In this document: positions 1 to 8,997 of the stretch, piece after piece
How the letters are laid out: each line of letters begins with the position of its first letter
Numbering within the stretch: position 1 is the stretch's first letter
IMG/VR virus record: IMGVR_UViG_3300025066_000019
DNA: 20,000 bases
Reading direction: 5' to 3' (one strand)
Source: an uncultured virus (IMG/VR IMGVR_UViG_3300025066_000019)
Lineage: Duplodnaviria; Heunggongvirae; Uroviricota; Caudoviricetes
Notes under the pieces: generated by a model
Databases searched by the model: none
Told to the model about the DNA's origin: nothing
What the model saw: only the letters and a program-made list of their open reading frames with translations
Made by a program: the position numbers and the translations under genes

Positions 1-201
1 AATTTATTTGGTTTCTATCGGCTAGGAGAACCCACTATTTTTGTAGACCTTTACTTTATCAAGGATACCATCTGGCCTATGGTGAAGAACGACTGTATGG
101 GGCATGGTTATGGTCATCCTCTTAACTTCCCTCCTGTCAGGTATGATGGTAAAGTAGGAGATGTTGCCAATGAGGAATGGAGAAAGGAAGACTTCAAGTG
201 A
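1..201 (+). CDS. 3' end of a hypothetical protein (partial, runs off the window)
   Basis: Frame 1 is open from base 1 (NLFGFYRLGEPTIFVDLYFIKDTIWPMVKND...EEWRKEDFK) to TGA at 199-201, overlapping the next GTG start. Confidence 0.7.
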   Translation, partial: NLFGFYRLGEPTIFVDLYFIKDTIWPMVKNDCMGHGYGHPLNFPPVRYDGKVGDVANEEWRKEDFK

Positions 202-680
202 TATATCTATCTAACGTAGGCATTAGTCAAAACTCACTTCGTAATCCACTGTCTGTGGTTCCAATGAGTCAGTACGTTTCCGAAGGAGGTTTATTTAATA
301 GAACAACCCTTCCGAAGGAAGCACCACTAATTTCTATCGCTAGGTTTGAAGATGGTTACCAGATGATTCGTGATGGTCACCATCGTGCTTGTGCAATGCT
401 CATTGGTGGCAGAAAGTATATTGACTGGTCGGAGTACCTGATTGAACACTACACATATAAACGATATAACAGTGTAAACTACTCAGCAGGATGGGTTACC
501 CCCATCGACCCAATCACTGAAGTAAGAATTGGAGACTTAAAAGACTGGAAGCAAAGAGTTAAGCAAATCTGGGATACTCAAAGTCCCCAACATGCAATTC
601 ACCTAATCAACACCAGACGGGATTTATACTCTAGTAAGAAAGAGTTTGATACCATCGAGTCACTATCAGAAAGAATGTAA
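198..680 (+). CDS. ParB/sulfiredoxin-like N-terminal domain protein
   Basis: YQMIRDGHHRACA matches the ParBc DGHHR motif. The GTG at 198 overlaps the upstream TGA (the ORF track starts at 177). Confidence 0.65.
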   Translation: MIYLSNVGISQNSLRNPLSVVPMSQYVSEGGLFNRTTLPKEAPLISIARFEDGYQMIRDGHHRACAMLIGGRKYIDWSEYLIEHYTYKRYNSVNYSAGWVTPIDPITEVRIGDLKDWKQRVKQIWDTQSPQHAIHLINTRRDLYSSKKEFDTIESLSERM

Positions 681-1231
681 TGAAGAGAGAAACAGTAGCA
701 GAAAATAAATGGATGGGTATGTATCAGATTCTAGATGATAGACCCTATACCTACGCCAGTCGTCGTCCAGTTGGTAAACAACACATGGATGGTGGTCAAA
801 CCGCCGATGCCGTAACCGTGATTGCCTTACATGGTGAAGAGATTGTCTTTATCAAGAATAATAATCGTCCTGTGATTGGTGAGCCCCAGTTGGAACTTCC
901 CGCTGGAATGATTGATGAAGGCGAGACAGTGATGGAGGCAGGTATTCGTGAACTTAAGGAAGAGACCGGATTAACCTTTAATGAAGAAGATAATCCTCTG
1001 GTTATCCCCAAGTGTTTTAAGTCGGCAGGTTTCACTGACGAGAGTACAGGTCTGCTTATCGGCTCTTGTTTTGGAGAACCATCGAAAGAATTCCAAGAAG
1101 ATAATGAAGATATTGATGTTATCATCTGTGGACCACAAGACCTAAAGCGTATCATTGAGGAAGAAGGATGTCAGATGTCTATTTCTGTAGGTATCTTTTA
1201 TGCGATTGCAACTTCTCGATACCCCTCTTGA
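680..1231 (+). CDS. Nudix hydrolase (ADP-ribose pyrophosphatase-like)
   Basis: Nudix box GMIDEGETVMEAGIRELKEETGL preceded by ELPAG, with downstream SAGFTDE and EDIDV as in NudF-type enzymes. Confidence 0.9.
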   Translation: MKRETVAENKWMGMYQILDDRPYTYASRRPVGKQHMDGGQTADAVTVIALHGEEIVFIKNNNRPVIGEPQLELPAGMIDEGETVMEAGIRELKEETGLTFNEEDNPLVIPKCFKSAGFTDESTGLLIGSCFGEPSKEFQEDNEDIDVIICGPQDLKRIIEEEGCQMSISVGIFYAIATSRYPS

Positions 1232-1256
1232 CAAACCAACGACCCTTTGCTATAAT
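1228..1256 (+). promoter_or_regulatory. sigma70-type promoter
   Basis: TTGACA(1228-1233)-N17-TATAAT(1251-1256) with extended TG. Confidence 0.85.
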
Positions 1257-1299
1257 ATTCATATAACAACCTGTGACCTTTAACGAGTGAGGAAACGAA

Positions 1300-1623
1300 A
1301 TGGGCAAGTATGCCGATTCAATCAAAGCTTCGCGGCAACACATGTCGCCACAAAAAATCGCGGAAGAGAAGAACGCGAGGTGTCGGGCACGTAATGCCCA
1401 ACGACGCAAGGAAGTACAGGAGGAAGTTAGTGAGCGATTGCTACACTGGCAGTCTCTTTCTCTTGAGCAACAGTTGGAGCAGTTAGATGCTCGACTGGGG
1501 AAGGACGTGGGGGCTGTTAAGCAGCGAGCCCGCATTCTCCACTCTATCGCTGATAGAGCCAACAAGGCTATTGCCAATGACGAGGCTCGTCGTGCTAAGA
1601 AGAAAAAGAAGAAAAAGAAATGA
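1300..1623 (+). CDS. basic hypothetical protein with poly-Lys tail
   Basis: ORF downstream of the promoter with a GAGG RBS; helical, K/R-rich, ends in 8 Lys. Confidence 0.8.
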   Translation: MGKYADSIKASRQHMSPQKIAEEKNARCRARNAQRRKEVQEEVSERLLHWQSLSLEQQLEQLDARLGKDVGAVKQRARILHSIADRANKAIANDEARRAKKKKKKKK

Positions 1624-1946
1624 GCAAGTGGTATATAACCTCTGGTAGTATCAAGAGCATCATTACGTCTGACCACCCGTTGGACGCTGCTGCTGAGGCA
1701 CTTAGTAAGGCCAAAGAAGGAACCTTTGTAGAGAACTTTATCTATGTTGACCAACGTGGACATAGACCTCTCTCATGTGAACCATGGGCTGACGAGGATG
1801 GTATTCGTCATCCTACTGAAAAGTCTAGTGATGACTTAGTCACTAAGATTGGTGAACAGAATTACTTGGCTCCTCAGTTTGCTTATTCTACAGAAACAGT
1901 ATTTGAAAGGATGGGTTGGAATGCCAAGAGGGACAAAGACCTGTAA
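1620..1946 (+). CDS. hypothetical protein
   Basis: ATGA overlap with the upstream gene; 108-aa ORF. Confidence 0.75.
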   Translation: MSKWYITSGSIKSIITSDHPLDAAAEALSKAKEGTFVENFIYVDQRGHRPLSCEPWADEDGIRHPTEKSSDDLVTKIGEQNYLAPQFAYSTETVFERMGWNAKRDKDL

Positions 1947-2424
1947 AAATCAATCCTGTGGTGCAGCTAATGGCCCAAGGTCATTCTTCTGCAAGGAATG
2001 TGGTGAACCTTTTGTGGTTAAAGGTAAGAAGTCAACGCCAATTATGAAGGCAGCGACCGATACCAATGACTACAAGGAACACTTCGACGAGATTGATTAT
2101 AGCCGAGACGAGTCCAACGTCAGAAACTTTGACGGTACTGCTCGCTGCTGGGTTAGTAAGTGCGGCAAATTCCGCATTAGACAGTACAAGACCTTCCAGG
2201 GTATTGACGTAGGTCATTCTCGACGTACTATTCTGGAGTCTAGGATTGAACACCCCGCTGAGTTCGGGCCTAAGTGGAAGATTGTCTCTCGTCATGTTGT
2301 CTTTAAGTCTGCTGGTCGTCGTTATGTAAGAATGGCACGACAACAAAAGATTAGGAAGACAGCAGAAGAACAACGTCAAGAAAGTTTTAATGCAAGACTG
2401 AGTCATCGTCTAACAAGAAAGTGA
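1921..2424 (+). CDS. zinc-ribbon protein
   Basis: Likely start at ATG 1921 (MPRGTKTCKNQSCG...FCKECG, four Cys); basic C-terminus. Confidence 0.7.
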   Translation: MPRGTKTCKNQSCGAANGPRSFFCKECGEPFVVKGKKSTPIMKAATDTNDYKEHFDEIDYSRDESNVRNFDGTARCWVSKCGKFRIRQYKTFQGIDVGHSRRTILESRIEHPAEFGPKWKIVSRHVVFKSAGRRYVRMARQQKIRKTAEEQRQESFNARLSHRLTRK

Positions 2425-2428
2425 TACC

Positions 2429-2896
2429 ATGTTTAGACCCCTGGTGCTACTATTGTTATTATGTGCTACAGCCTTTTCTTATGACGGGAAGAATGAGAAT
2501 CCCTACGTCGTTAAAGACAACATAGATAAGGTTGAGAGAAACAATTTCTATGACGACGAGGGGAGACTGGTATTTGTCCAGTTTATTTTCTGGGAAGAAA
2601 CCCCTCATTGGCATAGTCGCCCATATAACGTAATGGCCTGGAGGCTAGACAAGGGAATCCCACGTCCTTCTTATATGTATGACACTGGTAGTGTTTATAG
2701 ATATAGAATGATTTGGAATGATGGCGGAACAATGAGAGACATCAGGTGTAAAATCTTTACAGAGACATGGACACAAGAGGATGTAGAGATACTTGAAAGA
2801 GAGTTTTTACCAAAAGAGCATCGGAAGGGGTTATTGAAACTCCGAAAGGCTCGTCCAGAAATACGTATGGAAGATTTACTTCTTCCTCCTAAGTAG
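2429..2896 (+). CDS. secreted hypothetical protein resembling a Planctomycetota conserved family
   Basis: Signal peptide (MFRPLVLLLLLCATAFS); motifs NFYDDEGRLVFVQFIF, AWRL and ETWTQED..ILERE.LP. The family resemblance is from memory. Confidence 0.7.
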   Translation: MFRPLVLLLLLCATAFSYDGKNENPYVVKDNIDKVERNNFYDDEGRLVFVQFIFWEETPHWHSRPYNVMAWRLDKGIPRPSYMYDTGSVYRYRMIWNDGGTMRDIRCKIFTETWTQEDVEILEREFLPKEHRKGLLKLRKARPEIRMEDLLLPPK

Positions 2897-2905
2897 GAAA
2901 ATACC

Positions 2906-3214
2906 ATGGCATTAGACAGACAGGGTGAATGCCCAGAATGTGGAGTCAGTTGGGATGGTGGATGTATCTTCGAAACCTGTATCGCTGAAAATAATTGGCA
3001 AAAACACCACGATACAGAACAAGCGTATATTGCACATCTTAAAGAATTTTACAGTCCGCCGTATCGCTGGGGGAGAATGATTGGTATTCAACTAGGATAC
3101 GACCACCCAAATCATTATGACGGGGTCTCTTACTGGCAATGCCCCGATTGCAAAGCTACCTGGAATCGTTTTACTGAAGAACTTGAGGAAATACCTAGAC
3201 ATGTTAAAGATTGA
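2906..3214 (+). CDS. zinc-finger hypothetical protein
   Basis: CPECG and WQCPDC pairs; AGGA RBS. Confidence 0.8.
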   Translation: MALDRQGECPECGVSWDGGCIFETCIAENNWQKHHDTEQAYIAHLKEFYSPPYRWGRMIGIQLGYDHPNHYDGVSYWQCPDCKATWNRFTEELEEIPRHVKD

Positions 3215-3674
3215 CATTGAACATCTACGACAGAAAGACCTAACAGATGTTTTAGCGATTGAAGAAGAAGCCCATGACTATCCTTGGTCGGCGGGTGACT
3301 TTAATAAACACGCTATGCACCTATCCACTCGACAGTTTACAGCAACAGTAGACGGTGAGATTGTCGGCTATATTGCAATCAATACTGACAGAGAGAGGGT
3401 TAGGACTATTGAGAACATTGCTGTTCGTAAAGACATGAGAAGGAAAGGGATTGCGACATACTTAGTTAAGGAGACATGCGACTTTTTTCCAGAAGAGTTT
3501 GATATTGTTCAGGCAATGGTTAATGAAACCAATGATGTTGCTATTGGATTCTTCAGTAAAGGAATTGGTTGCAAGGCTGTACTAGTTAAAGAACCCTACG
3601 AGGAAATCGACCGAGACGGATACTTATTTTCACGATTCTGGAATGGAGATAGAGAACTTGTCGAGGCAAATTAA
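3201..3674 (+). CDS. GNAT acetyltransferase, RimI-like
   Basis: DLTDVLAIE...PWS, IENIAV...RRKGIA (acetyl-CoA motif A), V.ETN..AI.FF; probable start ATG 3201. Confidence 0.85.
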   Translation: MLKIDIEHLRQKDLTDVLAIEEEAHDYPWSAGDFNKHAMHLSTRQFTATVDGEIVGYIAINTDRERVRTIENIAVRKDMRRKGIATYLVKETCDFFPEEFDIVQAMVNETNDVAIGFFSKGIGCKAVLVKEPYEEIDRDGYLFSRFWNGDRELVEAN

Positions 3675-3713
3675 CATAAAATGTTTTACTTACTTACGGA
3701 GATACTGCTAGAG

Positions 3714-4142
3714 ATGACACCGAAAACGATACCTGTACTTAAACTACAAGAAGATGCCGTACTGCCACACAAAGACGATGGGGACGCTGGCTGGGATTTA
3801 CACTCAACAGAAGACATCAAGTGCCCCTCACAGGACGCTGTTTTAGTTTCCACTGGAATTGCCATGGAAATCCCCGAGAACCACGTTGGTCTTTTATGGG
3901 ACCGCTCAGGGATGGCATCTAAGAAGAAATTTCATCGGATGGCAGGGGTTATCGACTCCTCTTATCGTGGTGAGATTAAAGTCCTACTACAAAACAATAG
4001 TCACTTCACTCAGTACATAGCTGCGGGAGATAAGATTGCTCAGATACTTATTCAGGAAGTGCCAGAGTTTGAAATGAAGGAAGTGAAAGAGTTGAACGAA
4101 ACTAAACGAGGTGATGGCGGTTTCGGCTCTACAGGAGAATAG
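3714..4142 (+). CDS. dut: dUTPase (trimeric)
   Basis: All five motifs present: AGWDL, RSG, GVIDSSYRGE, KIAQ, RGDGGFGSTG. Start is ATG 3714 or 3681. Confidence 0.95.
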   Translation: MTPKTIPVLKLQEDAVLPHKDDGDAGWDLHSTEDIKCPSQDAVLVSTGIAMEIPENHVGLLWDRSGMASKKKFHRMAGVIDSSYRGEIKVLLQNNSHFTQYIAAGDKIAQILIQEVPEFEMKEVKELNETKRGDGGFGSTGE

Positions 4143-4238
4143 GGTGGCGACTGGTGACTGGTGTTGCCCTTGGTCTACAAAACCAATGAGGGGTGCGTAA
4201 ACCGCATCCTTGGTAGGTTCGATTCCTATCCGCCACCG
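4143..4238 (+). tRNA. tRNA-Sec-like (selC-like body) with ACA anticodon
   Basis: GGTGGCG(A)/(C)CGCCACC acceptor, 6-bp D-stem with TGGT loop, anticodon loop CTACAAA, 9-bp variable arm, GTAGG-TTCGATT-CCTAT T-arm, G73. Confidence 0.85.
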
Positions 4239-4239
4239 C

Positions 4240-4268
4240 TTGACGAATGAAGGTTGAGGTGTTAAGAT
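4240..4268 (+). promoter_or_regulatory. sigma70-like promoter, possibly giving a leaderless mRNA
   Basis: TTGACG-N17-TAAGAT with extended TG; ATG at 4274 lies at the expected start site. Confidence 0.5.
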
Positions 4269-4273
4269 AAGAT

Positions 4274-5122
4274 ATGAGAAGAAACAGACTAAACCGAATG
4301 CGTACTTACTTGGTAGGTGCAATGGAATTCGCTCCTGATGGAGGTGTTCAATGGCGAGAAAGAATTACTCCCTGGCTTAATAGTCGAGGTGTATCTGTCT
4401 TTAACCCATGTGATAAGCCCTGTGATGTAGGAAGCGAGAAACCAGAGGATAGGTTGCTGCGACAGGCAATGCTTGCTCGTGGACAGTATGACGAATTCCT
4501 AGATGACGCTGGTCCACTTCGTCCTTACGACCTAAGAATGGTTGATATATCAGATTTCCTGATTGTTCATATTGATACTGACCTTCATGCTTGTGGTACA
4601 TACGAAGAGATTACCACAGCAAACAGACAGAAGAAACCTATCATTATTCATTGTAAGCAAGGCAAGAAGGGTCTTCCTCCTTGGTTGTTTTTGATGCTTG
4701 GTAAGTCTCATGTTACAGTATTTGATTCATGGACAGAGGTTGAGAGCTATCTTGATTATATTAATTCATACGACTCCATTGACCACTTGAAACGTTGGGT
4801 GTTCTTTGATTTAGACAAAGTTGATAAACCTGCTGAGGAGGCGTTTAGAAAACGTCAGTTTAAACTTGATTTTCGTGAAAGGATTAATCCTGTGTATGTT
4901 GGAGCAGAAGCGGATATTGGTGACAAGGTTGTTTATAGTAATGTCAATGCTGGTTACGAAGGTGACCAAGATGATGCTGCTGAACACCTAATCATGAATG
5001 CAGAGTATACTATTTCTTCTGTATTGGTTGAAAAATGGAGTACTCGTATATACCTTGACGAGGCTCCTGGTATTGCCTTTAACAGTGTTATGTTCTCCCC
5101 AGCCTTAGTAGAGGAAGAGTGA
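4274..5122 (+). CDS. nucleoside 2-deoxyribosyltransferase-like protein with an extra C-terminal domain
   Basis: YLVGAM...WRE..., VFNP, DLRMVDISDFLIV, GTYEE (catalytic Glu region), KKPII. Confidence 0.8.
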   Translation: MRRNRLNRMRTYLVGAMEFAPDGGVQWRERITPWLNSRGVSVFNPCDKPCDVGSEKPEDRLLRQAMLARGQYDEFLDDAGPLRPYDLRMVDISDFLIVHIDTDLHACGTYEEITTANRQKKPIIIHCKQGKKGLPPWLFLMLGKSHVTVFDSWTEVESYLDYINSYDSIDHLKRWVFFDLDKVDKPAEEAFRKRQFKLDFRERINPVYVGAEADIGDKVVYSNVNAGYEGDQDDAAEHLIMNAEYTISSVLVEKWSTRIYLDEAPGIAFNSVMFSPALVEEE

Positions 5123-5442
5123 TGCCTTACATAGAACAAGGTAAGCGTTTATATATTGATGACGACATTAACGAACTTAAACGTGGTTTAATTAGCAACT
5201 TCGGTAGTGAAGACATTGAAGGGGCTCTGCATTACGTAATAGCTCAACTCTTAGAGGTTATTCCTCAATCGTCCAGTCTGTCTGGTGAGTGGAGATATAA
5301 ATACATTAATCGTGCGTCAGGAGTGCTAACACAAGTACAAGAGAACTTCGACGAACGTATCGTTAAACCCTATGAACGAATGGCGATGGAAAAGAATGGT
5401 GACATCAGTAGCTATGCAAAGTTTGACGATTCCCGTAAGTAG
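5122..5442 (+). CDS. conserved phage hypothetical protein (MPYI...G.L.Y...PYE....NGD family)
   Basis: Motif pattern typical of a small phage protein often found beside nucleotide-metabolism genes. Confidence 0.75.
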   Translation: MPYIEQGKRLYIDDDINELKRGLISNFGSEDIEGALHYVIAQLLEVIPQSSSLSGEWRYKYINRASGVLTQVQENFDERIVKPYERMAMEKNGDISSYAKFDDSRK

Positions 5443-5701
5443 TCTCGACTGGAAGTTTCTCACCAAGGTAATTCAACAGCTTGGTAGACTGACAGAGGAA
5501 GAGATTGACCCTATAACGTGGCGTAAAGCTTTTAATAAGGTTGGCGTAACATATGGTGGAGACCTTACTCCTCTTGCTGTTAAAGCCGAAGAGAAGCCTT
5601 ATCTACTTATTACATTTACAACCCCTAACCTGAAGACTGTCAAGCAGCGTATTACCTTTAGTGGTGCTTACGAGCCCGTCAGATTCGAGGCACCTCAGTG
5701 A
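5414..5701 (+). CDS. hypothetical protein
   Basis: ORF fills the gap between neighbours; start uncertain (5372, 5393 or 5414). Confidence 0.6.
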   Translation: MQSLTIPVSSLDWKFLTKVIQQLGRLTEEEIDPITWRKAFNKVGVTYGGDLTPLAVKAEEKPYLLITFTTPNLKTVKQRITFSGAYEPVRFEAPQ

Positions 5702-5973
5702 ATATCCTCTTACATGTTCTAGTATTCCTATTTGTGACGTTTATGTACTCAGGTCTGAGTGCTGTTACTGCCTTATGGACAAAACAGGTGGTGAATGGTA
5801 AGGCATGGGGAAGTTTTATGACAGGAAGTTTGTCGAGATTATTAGCATTGGGTGGGTTGTCCTTTGCGTTCTTATTTGAGCAATTCGTCGTAAGTGCTTT
5901 CGTAGGAATGGTTTTGGGCGAGGGATTAGGTTCCTATCTCGTGGTGAAGTACCATATGATTGATAGCAAGTAA
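5698..5973 (+). CDS. small membrane protein (about 3 TM segments)
   Basis: Hydrophobic 91-aa ORF; GTGA overlap with the upstream stop. Confidence 0.7.
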   Translation: MNILLHVLVFLFVTFMYSGLSAVTALWTKQVVNGKAWGSFMTGSLSRLLALGGLSFAFLFEQFVVSAFVGMVLGEGLGSYLVVKYHMIDSK

Positions 5974-6044
5974 TTATCCCTTTTGTGGTCTTTCGGTGTA
6001 TAATACAGTGTAAGACAATTATTCTGTACAGGAGAACAAGAGAC

Positions 6045-8318
6045 ATGCGTAAAATCCTAATGGCTTTCATGCTAGTTCTCGCAATGTCACTCCCTGCTGC
6101 GGCTTACCCACTGAGTTTGAACGAGATTGCACAAGCAACCTGCCGTGTTGGCGTTTCTGGTGCTTCTGGTTCTGGTACTGCTATTCATGAAGATAAGGAC
6201 TATGTGTACATTCTAACCAATGCTCACGTAGTTGGCAACTCTCGGTCGGGTTTAGTTGAGTTTTTCCCAGGAGGTAGGAAAACAGCTAAGATTCCAGCAA
6301 GTGTCATTTGGCGAGAACACCAAGCTAACACAGATGTAGACTTCGCTATTATGAAGGTAGCTAAGAATACATTGTATGGGTACAAGCCTAGGATTATCCC
6401 CCTGGCTCCCTCGTCCTATCAAATCAAAGCAGGTCAATATATTGCTTCGGTTGGACACCCTGCTGCTCGTTGGGCACAGGCGTGGGAAGGTTACGCATTA
6501 AGAGACGGCAGTAGTCGAGTATTATTTACTCCTCCACCTCTGGGTGGACAGTCTGGTTCTGGCATCTTTGTTAATATTGATGGTTATACCTATCTCGGGG
6601 CAGTTCTTACATGGAGAATTGGAAGAGATGGTAGAGACTCAAAGGGTTATGACCTAGCTCAAGGTGGTGCGATTCCATCAAGTACCTTTGATAAGGTGTT
6701 TGGTGGTAAGGTTTCGTATACCCCAGAGAGAACTCCCTATAATTACCGTGAGGTTAAAACCGTAATCACCAAGATTGGTTATGCTAAAGACTCAAATGGT
6801 AAATGCTGGCCGATAACATATTATGACGATGGTAGCTATGAGGCTAAGGTTCCACCAGGAACCCAAATAGTTCAATGGAACTTGAGCCAGTCTCAATGTA
6901 ATCCATTTGGTTCCCGCCCTGGTCCAGGGTTTTTAGATGGAATCAATCCTTTTACTCCTCCTCGTCGTAATCCTCCTAGTCCTAAGCCAGAAGCACCGGC
7001 TCCTCCGTATATTGACCCAGGAAAACCTGATGTTGTTCCTCCTCCATCTATTGGTGGGTTTGGTCATGGCACCCCAGGCAATGGTATTTATGGTAGTCTT
7101 GAAGAGTTGAAGAAGAAGAATGAAGAACTGCTTAATCAGAATAAGGGGTTGTCTAATCAGTTGACAGATGCCCAGAAGGCACTGGATATTGAACGCACTC
7201 ACTTGTCGGCTCTAAAAGACAGTCTTGATGCCGCACAGGCAGACCTTACTATTAAGGACGGTCAGATTAAGAGACTTGAGGGTTCAGTGAAAGACTTATC
7301 TTCCAAAGTGGAAGGTTTAATTAGTCAAATTGGTCTTAAAACTGCTATCATCAACGATAATGCTGGTAAAATTACTGAACTAAAAGATAAAGCTAAGGCT
7401 GATGCAACAGCTTTGGCTACTGCAAAAGGTAACACTGATGTAGTAATAAAGAATAATGTGTCTCTTCAGACCCAGAAAGACCGACTCAAAAATGGATTAT
7501 GGGGCGTGTCTGGGCTAAGTGGCGTATTATTACTAGTGGGGGGATGGTTCTACAGGAAGAAGCTTAGGCCGAAGCTTGATGGAGCCGCAGAGAATATCAT
7601 TGATAAAGTAGAAGACAAGGTTGAAGATAAAATTGGCGGTTATCTTCCAGACGTTATTAAGGATTTTGGAGATGCTAAGCTTCATAATCTGAAAGACAAA
7701 CTGTTTTCGAAAGTTGATGAAAAGCTTAATGCCGAGAAGGAAGAACTTGGTAAGATTGGTGATGTCCTAGGTAAGATTTCAACATTACTAGAGAAGACTG
7801 ACGAAAGAATGACAACGATGGAGACTAAGGTATCCCTTGTTTCTGCCCCTGTCGTTAATGCACCTACTCAGGTAAGTATTGAGATTGAAAACCCTGTAAT
7901 TCCGCCTGCTGACCCTGTCCCTGCTGAAGGGCTTAGACAGTTTGCAGAGTTATGGAAGGCAGAAGGGCAAGACCCCAAGAAATTGGCACTCTATGGTATT
8001 TTGTACCATGAGGCCGTCAACCTGCTTCGTAAGGGGCAGTTATATGTTAAAGGCAACGACCGTACACAGGGTCAGGAAGCCACCGCTAATAAATTGGACG
8101 AGTGGGTAGAGAATCAAATACTTACTCGACCAGCAGATGTTCTCTTGCAAGGTAATGAAGTAATCCACCAAGTAATGGTTGGTCATCTTTACCGTGAGGC
8201 AGTAGAGAAACTTCGAAACGGAGAATTCCCAGTGTTGGGAGCAAAGGAAACTGCTAATATCATCGACAGATGGGTACAGCAGGAAATGCTAAGACGAATG
8301 AACAAATCAGTAAGATAA
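6045..8318 (+). CDS. exported, membrane-anchored trypsin-like serine protease
   Basis: AGGAG RBS before ATG 6045; signal peptide; catalytic triad LTNAHVV, DFAIM, GGQSGSG; then Pro-rich linker, coiled coil and TM (GLWGVSGLSGVLLLVGGWFY-RKK). Confidence 0.85.
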   Translation: MRKILMAFMLVLAMSLPAAAYPLSLNEIAQATCRVGVSGASGSGTAIHEDKDYVYILTNAHVVGNSRSGLVEFFPGGRKTAKIPASVIWREHQANTDVDFAIMKVAKNTLYGYKPRIIPLAPSSYQIKAGQYIASVGHPAARWAQAWEGYALRDGSSRVLFTPPPLGGQSGSGIFVNIDGYTYLGAVLTWRIGRDGRDSKGYDLAQGGAIPSSTFDKVFGGKVSYTPERTPYNYREVKTVITKIGYAKDSNGKCWPITYYDDGSYEAKVPPGTQIVQWNLSQSQCNPFGSRPGPGFLDGINPFTPPRRNPPSPKPEAPAPPYIDPGKPDVVPPPSIGGFGHGTPGNGIYGSLEELKKKNEELLNQNKGLSNQLTDAQKALDIERTHLSALKDSLDAAQADLTIKDGQIKRLEGSVKDLSSKVEGLISQIGLKTAIINDNAGKITELKDKAKADATALATAKGNTDVVIKNNVSLQTQKDRLKNGLWGVSGLSGVLLLVGGWFYRKKLRPKLDGAAENIIDKVEDKVEDKIGGYLPDVIKDFGDAKLHNLKDKLFSKVDEKLNAEKEELGKIGDVLGKISTLLEKTDERMTTMETKVSLVSAPVVNAPTQVSIEIENPVIPPADPVPAEGLRQFAELWKAEGQDPKKLALYGILYHEAVNLLRKGQLYVKGNDRTQGQEATANKLDEWVENQILTRPADVLLQGNEVIHQVMVGHLYREAVEKLRNGEFPVLGAKETANIIDRWVQQEMLRRMNKSVR

Positions 8319-8333
8319 TTAGGAGATTTCAAA

Positions 8334-8969
8334 ATGCCTACAAGTAACACTTTTCATGGTTCCAATACCCGATTCGCCAATGGCGGACTTCACGCTTTAC
8401 TTGCGGAAATTATTAAATTCCGTAAACAACTAACTGTACGCACTGAGTTTCGTGCCCAGAGTGGTTGGGATAACGCCCTGAATGCCTATATGGTTGAAGG
8501 ACTGGAACATCTAGGTAATACCCTAGAAAACATCACTTATAATCCAGCATCAAGAACTAAGGAAGAGTTAGAAATTGACGCTGCTGACACTACCCGTCAA
8601 TTAGCAGATGATTATGATGCACAAGCCATCTCGTCTGATAATGTTGTAATGCCCCCCGGTCGTGAACGCGATGTTGTGTGGCAACTTGACGGAACAGATG
8701 TTGACATTCCTCAGATGACTACCGACAATTGTCCGAATGACTTTGCTCGCATCTTTATTACAGGACTTGATGGTTTCTTTACTGAAGCCACTCGTGTTGA
8801 CTCTCGATTTAACCGTAACGTGATTACGAAAAACGAGAGCGTAATGTTGCGTAATCTGTTGGACGAACTGTATACTGTATGTCAGCGTAAGGGTGGTGAA
8901 GCCAACCGTACAGACATTGTACAGGGTACTCTTCCAAGTCAAGAGCCTGAAACTTTCCAAGGAGCATAA
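8334..8969 (+). CDS. hypothetical protein
   Basis: AGGAG RBS, 211-aa ORF, followed by a terminator. Confidence 0.85.
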   Translation: MPTSNTFHGSNTRFANGGLHALLAEIIKFRKQLTVRTEFRAQSGWDNALNAYMVEGLEHLGNTLENITYNPASRTKEELEIDAADTTRQLADDYDAQAISSDNVVMPPGRERDVVWQLDGTDVDIPQMTTDNCPNDFARIFITGLDGFFTEATRVDSRFNRNVITKNESVMLRNLLDELYTVCQRKGGEANRTDIVQGTLPSQEPETFQGA

Positions 8970-8997
8970 GGATAAAAAACAATCCTTCTTCAAAGGC

